Shown in pieces: positions 54,271 through 64,000 of a stretch of 64,000 nt of DNA (its first letter is position 1; the number at the start of each line of letters is the position of its first letter). The translations under genes were made by a program, and so were the position numbers. The stretch covers positions 56,916,001 to 56,980,000 of the forward strand of contig OZ024745.1 in NCBI GenBank assembly GCA_964016885.1, read 5' to 3'. This DNA comes from Eledone cirrhosa (lineage: Eukaryota). Under the pieces are notes generated by a model, which was given only the letters and a program-made list of their open reading frames with translations, had not been told where the DNA came from and searched no databases.

Positions 54271-56394
54271 TGTTGCCTGCTGTTTTTCCTCGAGAGTCTA
54301 TTAAAATCAATCATTTTATATAATTGCTAACCTAATATCAATATACAAATTAGCTCCGCTACTTGTAAGCTAAGCCGCATTCGTTTATTTTATTTTCATG
54401 TAACTAACACTAAGCTTCAGTCTAACGTCAAAAGAACGACTGCGAGGTTAAACAATCTCTGAGCATTGTTATATAATTAAAAACTTAATGGTTTGTCGCA
54501 GAATAGCTTCTGGTAATGTTAATAGTGTACATCGCCTAGTCGGGCTTCCTGGTAAAATAAATAAACATATTACATATCAGGTATCACTGCTTGCTGAAAG
54601 GACTTTTAATTGATATGGGTATTACACAACTCATTTTACTGGCGGGCCTGATACACACACACAACTGTACATCGTATAATATAGAATTGCATCTTTTGTT
54701 TAGAATTCTCGGACACTCTGGGCGATACAAAATCTATCGTGAGGTCTTATCAATATATTTTGTTCGTTATACCGTTCTATCCGCAAACTCCCACAACCTA
54801 CCAAGGCTATATATATCGTAGGACGTGTGGCATATTAATTACCTTTGAAGTTTTGATGGTTCTATACTATTGAATCCATTGATTATTGCATATATCATAA
54901 TATAAAGTACACCATTATAAAGAGTACATGTAATAGTGAATAATTTATTACTTTAAATCTAGGAAATATCAATGTACTATATTATCTGAATCATTAAAAT
55001 ATTTAAATGAACGTGATTCATTTTGAATAGCAGCTGCAGAGTAACAAAGTAGTAAAAGTATAAAAACACTGAATCTTGTTGCATCTCAAAACATAAATAT
55101 ACGAAATTGATGTTATTGATACTATTGTTCTATGATTTCAAGTCAGAACAGCTCGACTAGATCTATGATAAAAGGCGGTATATTTCAGCATAATGTACGC
55201 ATGGTTATATTTATCCTTAAATGTGATCTTCCATTATTAAGACGATCATATGTGAATTGAAATATGATTTGCCTGCTATGTATGTTATAAGAGACAGTGA
55301 AGATGATTTCTTTTAAGTTCTGGTTCACATCGGTTGTTGTTGGTTAGCCCTGACTAAGCCAATCTATGTTCACAACAATTTCAGTTGTGTGTGTCACCAT
55401 GTTGTTTTCTTATTTAAGAATGAGATTTGAGGATTCGGTTGCTACTTCGAACATGTTGGCCGACTACGTACTGGTTCGCTTCGACATCATTTACTGGCGC
55501 CTAGGAAGACATTTGAAATAACTTTTGTTTCAACTTTCGTATGCAAAAATTTGTCGAGCCAAGCGGCGGAGGCTTCAGCAGTATTTTTCATTTAGCGCCA
55601 TCGACAGAAATTTACAGTTAACTCTCATTGAAATATGTGATAGACATGTTGGATGACATAGTTGTATAATAATATCTAAAAGAAAAATAGGAGGTTTGGT
55701 GAATGTTAGATTGCGTTGATCATAGAGGCTTTCGGATTTACACTAACATACGGTTAAACAACAAATAATAACCAGTCATTCTATTTTACAAATATCATCG
55801 TTTACAGAATTTGAAATATTAAATAAATACGTATTAGAGAATATCGTGTAAATATAGTAATATATCACATCAAAGAAGACAAAAATGGTGCTTTCGTCTC
55901 TGTTAAACCAGATTGTTAATCTTAACGGTTTGGTGGATAAATATTAACCTGTGGCTAATCAACAGATCTTAGCCTTGTTTCTTAATCAAGTGATTTCAGT
56001 AAATTCTAGACCACCAAACACTAGCTGTCTTGTCTTGATTTGTTTAAAATGCTGTGTGCTATTTCTTGTTCTCCCATCGCTATTAATATTTCAATGATTC
56101 TTTAATTTTTTCATCCTGTTTATTTTCCTTTTCCTCTTCTTTTTCTTGTTTGTCTAAATTTATCATTGTTTTGTATTGTTTTCTACCCCGCATCTAATTT
56201 TCACTGATTTACCCCCGTTACCACAACACTTTTAGTTAAAAGTATGTTTTGCTTTTTGATAATTATAAATGTTTGTGTTTTTCATTCTTTCTTTTTCTAT
56301 TGTGTCTTCCTATTGATTATTTATTATTAGGCAGAATATGGTAGATGTGTAGGAAAAAAAAAAAAAAAATGTTGAACAGCTGAGAAAGATTTGC

Positions 56395-56785
56395 CGTCCA
56401 GGATTTCGCAACATGAGTCTGGATTTCATTCGCAACAGAGATCGGTTTTGCCTTTCAGCCATCAAAACGCCGATAAAATGAATAAATTCAAGTAATGAGG
56501 GGCAATCTTAGCAAATAACTCCGCCAAACAGAATCCACATTCTGACTATGTTAGAAATTATGTAGATAATGTGGATAGATTGTGTCATTAGCACATACAA
56601 CAAAATAACTTTTGGTATTTAGATGCGCCTCTTTGCATTCTGGTTTCAAATCCCACCACGGTGAAAATTAGTTTTAATCATTACAGGGCTGATGAATAAA
56701 TTACCAGTGAAGTACAGTGTTGATTCAATTGATTAACTCCTAATCTCAAGCTTCTGGCTTTTCGCCTACATTAAAAGAAATGATG
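56395..56785 (+). mobile_element. Two old degenerate SINE copies (~56395-56560, ~56610-56785)
   Basis: TTTTGCCTTTCAGCC..CGATAAAATG and TTTCAAATCCCACCACGG..TACCAGT remnants; minus-strand remnants also ~28875-28945 and ~61500-61620. Confidence 0.55.
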
Positions 56786-57240
56786 GTATTATAGTGGTTG
56801 TTAAAATTGGTTTTCGTTGTTATTTCTTCAGTCAATGAACTTTCTCCATAGCAATAATATTTGTATTCACATTTTTCATTGTTAGTATTGTTGTTTTGTT
56901 TGCATTGTTTGCAGTTGTGCTCCAAGTCAATGCTGGTTGTACAGCTAAGTGAACAAGATAATACTGGTTTGGTTAGTGTTATTTTCATTTACTCACATGG
57001 TGGCTTATGACAAGTAATCCTTTATTTTTTCAGATATAATGTATCTAAAATTACGCTATGCTATGTGTTTTACAATAATATTCTTAGGTGTGGATCTATA
57101 GGATGTTATTGTTGTTGTTTGTTGTGGTGATAGTGTGAAGAGTAGTCGATGGAGTTCCGGCTGTTATGTTGTTTTACTCTCGATGTTGTGGTGTTCATGG
57201 TGTAATGTTTCTCTAACTATATTCTGTTGTTGTTCAAACT

Positions 57241-57265
57241 GCAGCAATAATAGCAGCAGCAGAAA

Positions 57266-57345
<80 letters not shown>

Positions 57346-57358
57346 ATAGTAGTAGTAA

Positions 57359-57399
<41 letters not shown>

Positions 57400-57416
57400 A
57401 TAGTAGTAGTAGTAGT
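57241..57416. repeat. (CAG)n-(TAG)n microsatellite
   Basis: Direct reading. Confidence 0.95.
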
Positions 57417-58018
57417 GCCTCCTTGCCTGTTGCTTTCAACGAGGGAGTAAATTTCGATTTGTATTGTCATGGTTGCTGAATTTCATTATTAACTGGTTCA
57501 ATTGATTCCTCTATTGAAACCACTAGGCTGACTGCTACGGTGTTGGTGGTGGTGATAAATAAGATGGTAGTATGGGTGTTGGTTATCTGGTGGAAGGAAA
57601 GTAATGGTGGGCTAAGAGTGATGGTTATTGTTATGGCTCGGAGCTGGTTCGATATGGGTGTTTTTGTTGGAGACAGCATAATTAGTAGTAGTTTAGTGGT
57701 TGGTGTATGGGAATAGAGGTAATGTATGAAACTGAAATAGAGATGGCGTGGGCGCTAATAACTTTGGTGATAAAATGTGGCTGAAAGTAATGAGAGATGT
57801 GATGCTAATTGTGGTAACAGTTATTGTAACAGCGTTTTAACATTATTTAGAGGTTGGTGACGAGATAATGTTTATAGTGCCGAAGAGTGAGCCATTTGTA
57901 ATGATAGGGTCTGTGGCTTAACGTCTTAGTTAGTGCTACTACTACTTTCAAGGGGTTGATGACAAGGAGCATTTATAAGGTGTGGTGCTGTGGTGTATTG
58001 TGGTCGCAGTTCGATGAT

Positions 58019-58147
<129 letters not shown>

Positions 58148-58460
58148 AGAAGCATCTGCTTTTCATTAATATTTGTTAAAGTATTTGTTTACACTTAAAC
58201 AATTAAACACCATAGTCATTAAGTTGCAGTGTGGGCCCACATATGATAGAATTTAATATAGTCTAGTGTATTGAAATGTAGTGTAGTGCGTGTTTGGAAT
58301 AGATCCAAATTTAATGCTTCTATTGACTTTATTTTAATTCCAAATCCACAAGGTGTGGCAAATAATTCCATCTAACAATAAACACTTAGATAAATGATGT
58401 GTTGGGAAACATTCATATATTTATTTATATGTATGTTTATGTAAATATATATTTGTTATG

Positions 58461-58532
<72 letters not shown>

Positions 58533-58644
58533 GAAGAGGAATTCCAAGTTTGTCTGATTTACTCGTTTTATTTACAATCCTTCAAAATTTATAATGGTAT
58601 TATAATGAAATAGTATGATAGAATATTAAATTCTAAGTGTTAAT

Positions 58645-58683
58645 TGAACAGGTACTTTCATGCTTTCGCAATCTTCAGGTTCA
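58645..58683 (-). ncRNA. Minimal hammerhead motif near a (TA)n-abutting tail
   Basis: TGAAC-CTGAAGA-TTGC-GAAA-GCAT-GAAA-GTACCT-GTTCA; 5-bp stem I; the cleavage-site nucleotide appears deleted. Confidence 0.55.
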
Positions 58684-59734
58684 TAATATGTGAGCTTGTG
58701 TGTACATATGGTATTGTATTTGTGTAAGCAGGAACACTGCCAGATTAATAGTGAACATGTGTTGGTGATTGATGTTGTTATTGTCGTGTTTGGTGTACTA
58801 GTAAATGTTGATTTACTGTTCGTCGTCGTGTTGGACGCAGACCAATTGTCAACAACTTTTCTGGCGTGACTTTGGGAATTTTTCAGACCTTGTTAATATA
58901 TTTTATGTGCCTATATATCATTCTATGGTAAATAGTCAGGATGTGCTTTGTGCATTTCATATATGTGTCGGTATTTCGTCGGTCGAAAGGAACAAAAAAC
59001 AGTTTACTGAATAATGTTTCAAACGGCGGGCTTTTGGTATCAAGTTACAGGAGTATGTGTAGGTGCGAAAGAGTGTGATCCATATAGCGTCAAAGATTGT
59101 TGTCTATAGCGTCAACAATTATTATGTTGTTTTTATTTGTTGTTTAGTTAAAATTTAGCTATGATAGAGAAAACACACCAATGTTAAAAATGTAATTCAA
59201 GCTTTGAGCATACCACCCCTTCTGAAATACTGCAACCAAATGTGAGATGTCATAACACTGTAACAAGTGACTCGAGGCAGATTTGGAGGCTATATCCGGC
59301 AGGTAGAACAATAGTGTAGATAATCCTTCATTGATTTGTTTTTGCATTAAATCAATGATGATGAAGCTGTCAATATCGTATGTCTGGTAATCAGTAGATA
59401 CTGTGCACTAGGAACAGTAATGTTCTGGCAGCGATATCATTCATTTTCAAGATATTGAACTGAATTTGATTGTTTAAATAAATTTCATAACCGGGCTGGA
59501 GAGGAGTAACCCATGAAATTCGAAAACCAACTGCACAGATAGCGTTTCATCGTTCGTAACCTGGCCTGATGTTACTAAAGTCTTAGTCTATCTAGCCAAT
59601 ACAACCACAGCGTTGTACATGTTTTCTTCTAAGTGTCAATGACTCTAGCAGTTATATCCTAGATTAGATATCTAATTAATGTTGAGACTCTTTGTTGGAC
59701 AGTGCTCATCTAAATTTTCGTTCGATTACATTTG

Positions 59735-59814
<80 letters not shown>

Positions 59815-60024
59815 AAATAATGTTAAGACAGATATTACGTTCACATAATTGCTTTATTGCATAATACTTATTTCAATGACATGTTGGTTAGTATCATGCA
59901 ATTGTTACATCATTAATGAGCCCCATAAGACATCACCAGATGCTCATACAGTTATATGAATTATTTAAGTTGGCATGTAGAAATTCCACTGGTAAGGCAG
60001 TACTTTCCTTGTGTAATGTGAATG

Positions 60025-60060
<36 letters not shown>

Positions 60061-60381
60061 GGTGTGTGTGTGTGTTTGTGTGTGTTTGTTTGTGTATGTG
60101 TGTGTGTTCGTGTATATATATATATATATGTATTGATATATCGATTGCTCGAACAAGTCGATAAGTACCTCTTAATTTTACATTTGAAAATCAGAAGAAC
60201 TGTGAAACCGTAAAGTAAATAAATAACTATCCTTAAAAGACTCCAGTTGCATTTTCAATTTCTTTTCCTGATACTTTCACCCATGTGGGGCATCTCGTTT
60301 AAAAAAACAAACCATTATATATATGTATATATATATGTGTGTGGGGGGGGTATGCGTGGGTGCGTGTGTGTGTGGGGGGGG

Positions 60382-60422
<41 letters not shown>

Positions 60423-62595
60423 TGTATGTATATATATGTATTTAAATTTCGTACTTCTAAAGAAATGCGGTATGTTTATGGATATATATATATATATATA
60501 TGTGTCTGTGTGTGTCCGTGTGTGTCCTTGTGTGTGTGTGTATGTGTGCGTGTGTATGTGTGTGTGTGTGTGTGTGAGGACCCAATGTATTTTCTGCAAG
60601 GGATGACTTGCAATGAATCGGAACAAGGTTCTATGATGAATTACATCTTTTCTGACGCCATATATTTTAACATATAACTGGCCATCCATGGATACAAAAT
60701 GCACACATTCATAAATACGAACACCCGAATACACATTTACATACATGCAAAACAATTTGTGTTGTTTGTTTTTAATGTTACCGTTCCGTTAATTTTTGCC
60801 TTTGTTATTATTGCTCATCGATTTTTTTATGAAAATTTAATGTATTGTGTGGGATATATTCAATGCTGTTTCTGAACGTCATCTTTGATCTGCTACTGTT
60901 AATATACTTTCTGTTCTATACACACGAACATATATTTCTCTGGAGAGCAGTACGGTCGAATGACTCACATCCAGTAATTAACTGCCACGTACTTTATGGA
61001 CGACGCAATGGAACGGGGAAACTCCTCATTAGTGTAATATTGATTTGAAATTAGACTGCGAATTAAAGGGACAGACCTTCACCTCTGCCGATTCTATAGT
61101 TCTGTAAACATTGCTCTTTCTCTTGTACTGGTTTCGCTCCGAGTAAACACTGATTATTCTGAGATATCAAGTATATTCAACGTTCATATCGTCGGTTGAA
61201 GTAGTATGAATGTATATCTAATCTAATGAGTCTTTCCCTCTCATTTAACAACTTTAAATGATATTTAAGGATACATGTATCTATAATGATTACCACTACG
61301 CATGATTACAGATAAGTTCTCTAGATGTCTCCTTTGCTCAAGCTAAAACATGAAACCTGTGAATAAATTAGTTAATAAAGCACAGTAGTCTAATGCTGTC
61401 AGCCGCTGTCTTTAGTAGCAATATATATTGAATTCATAGAACAAAGAACAATTGTTAGGACACGTTGACATTTGTGACATAAGTCAACATATATTATTGT
61501 GGAAGGTAACAGTCGGTCATATCGACGCCAGTACTTGGTATTTACTTGAAAGTCAAAGTGTAACTTAGTTGGATTTGAATTTGAACTGTAAATGAAGATA
61601 ACTAATATAATAAGTTATGTAACCATTCAACAAGTGAATACATTTATGCAGAATCACAGCTTCTATTAAACTCTCGTGAGATTTCAACCTCGTTCGTCGT
61701 GATAGATATGATAGAAGCATACACGTTCCGATGGGATTATTTCCTTGAACAATATACTTGGGAAGAATAACGGTGATTTACAAATTGTACTGGGAATCAG
61801 AGGACGATGCATCACTGATATCACAGTCTTATATGAGAGGAAAGACCCATGTCAGAATGGAAGAGAAATTTAATTTCATAAACGTTCCATGTGGTTCCTG
61901 CTACCCTCTGTGTGGGGAGTGGCCTGCATATAAACTGGTTAATATAAAAATTGCTGTTATGGTTGTCTCAATATGGATAGGCATCACTGAAATATGTGAT
62001 AATATCTGGAAGTCAACACTTACTAAATGTATGTCCTACAGTACAAGTTGTATGTAAAACATATACGATAATAGGAGTTTTATTATCAGTAAATTATAAA
62101 TAATTATCAAAAAATATAATACCTAATTTCAACATTTCTATTAAGGTTGGGAACATTTAATTAGATTTAGTAGGACACATATTAAACTGCATTGACTAAG
62201 AGAATTCCATTTTGTGATGTTGTCACCCTGACCTCCTGTGTACTCAGTGACCAGACCAATGTTTTCGTGCGGCAAATCCGGACCTCGAACCCGAGGTAGG
62301 TTCCCCGAGAGGAGGAAAGGATGCAGTGATAATCGGTAGGTGATCTCCACGGTAACACGTTCAAAATATTCTCAGCTGAAATATCCCGAATAGCCAAGGG
62401 TGTAGACTCTGAGAATTCCAGACATTTCCCGCCATCGTCTTCTTTCTTGTTCGTCTTTGTTGCGGTTCTTATTGGTAATTCAGAAAAGGATGTCGACATC
62501 GACAAGAATAGAGCTAAATATTTCAAGGGTGTTCCTGAAATTCTACACAGAGAAGGTAATTATCGTCATGAAGCAGAACATGTGACGAGAGGAGA

Positions 62596-62647
<52 letters not shown>

Positions 62648-62732
62648 ATATATATATATATGTATGTGTATATATGTATGTATATATATATATATATATA
62701 TGGATTTTAGTCTTCAAATTTATTATTATTAC

Positions 62733-62800
<68 letters not shown>

Positions 62801-62953
62801 CAGCCTGTGTTTCTGAAATAACCATGAAAAGTTTATAGACAGGTGTATATAAGCATACTCACACAAATGTTATTACAAATTTGCTTAGAAACTGTATTCC
62901 CCATACATGAGGGTAATCATTCTATGATACACATTTCAACAATATTATTTACA

Positions 62954-63136
62954 ATTGGCAGTATCGGTATAGGGTCGGACGCCATGCTTTGCAGCAAAGA
63001 GTTACGGCCCTTTATGATCTGAGTTCAAATCCCGCTGAGGTTAACTTTGCCTTTCATCCTTATGGGGTCGATAAAATAAAGTACCAGTAATGTACTTGGT
63101 AATTGCTGGCCTTGTGCAAAAAGTAGAAACAATTAT
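62954..63136 (+). mobile_element. tRNA-derived SINE with 10-bp target-site duplication
   Basis: ATTATTTACA at 62944-62953 and 63132-63141. Confidence 0.9.
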
Positions 63137-63768
63137 TTACATATGTGAATCTGTAGGACCGAACCGAACATTAATATCTATATACATGCAGTTACATACA
63201 CACTTAAATATCGTATGTTTATATATGGAAGTCCCATACAAGGAAAATAACAGTAAAACAGACTAATAATAGCAAAAATTGTCGAGTAAAATAAACACTA
63301 CAGAAGGAAAAAAGTTAAGAACAGCCAAATTCGGCGTTCGATCCTTCGTAGCGGATGGTGGTATCTACCTGATTTTCTAAACTATTATTCATAGCGATCG
63401 ACTGTTGCTACGGTATTTTCTGCGTTTGGAATATCCATTATTTCAGATTTCAAATCCCCAGAAGCTTCTATTATGTCTTTCCCAAAATGTTAGTATGCCA
63501 TGCCTCGCAGCCGATGTAATTACATAGAGTATCCCTCTTTGGTGCATGTTATTGCTTTACAGGCTACATGATTCGCTTCAAAATGTCACAAAATATTGAT
63601 ATCGTGCTCTCTTTAAGATCAGATATGGTTTGATCTTAATGTAATAAATGCCTTTTTCTGTGTGTGTGAGAGAGAGGGAGAGAGAAAAAAAAAGAGAGAG
63701 AGAGCATGTGTGCATATAAATGCATCCATCCATCCAAACATACACACACGTATATATGTTTGGGTATG

Positions 63769-63837
<69 letters not shown>

Positions 63838-63839
<2 letters not shown>

Positions 63840-63984
63840 CGAAGGAAGTGTGGTAACGAACCAGATGGACCATACCGCACCAAAGTACTCAATACTTAGG
63901 GTAGTAGAGTGGGTGATAGGAACGAGTAGGACCCAGACGGCTGAGCTCAAGCCGTTTCTCAGCCGTCGGGGTCCTACTCGTTCC
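63838..63984 (-). mobile_element. Family A fold-back in (TA)n
   Basis: Long arm 63838-63958 ends just past GTTTC (GAAAC on minus); short arm restarts in the stem III palindrome TCAGCCGTCGGGG. Confidence 0.85.
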
Positions 63985-64000
63985 TATATATATATATATA

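Noticed and set aside
58850-59690. Possible PLE coding remnant upstream of the 58645 hammerhead
   Set aside because: No convincing motif recovered in any frame by eye.

Overview
AT-rich eukaryotic (metazoan) non-coding DNA saturated with (TA)n, (TG)n, (GA)n and trinucleotide microsatellites. The tRNA-derived SINE and the repeat landscape resemble an octopus/coleoid cephalopod genome (inference). I found no credible host exon; nearly all ORFs in the track are microsatellite artefacts. The real content is retroelements lodged in microsatellites: (1) a young, 5'-truncated R4/Dong-clade non-LTR element (RT plus restriction-like endonuclease, 680 uninterrupted codons) and a second 3' stub, both in (TATG)n; (2) RTE-clade 3' ends with C2H2 fingers in (TA)n, including an internally deleted bipartite copy; (3) a decayed CR1/L2-like LINE, SINEs and a non-autonomous Helitron; (4) about 20 Penelope-like (PLE) insertions from several families. 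Most of these PLE insertions are fold-back (inverted-repeat) structures in (TA)n and carry minimal type I hammerhead ribozyme motifs; three carry GIY-YIG endonuclease remnants. In the short fold-backs the turn-around point repeatedly falls inside the hammerhead core, and the short arm ends at an internal TA. All calls were made by eye; family names and ribozyme folds need computational confirmation.
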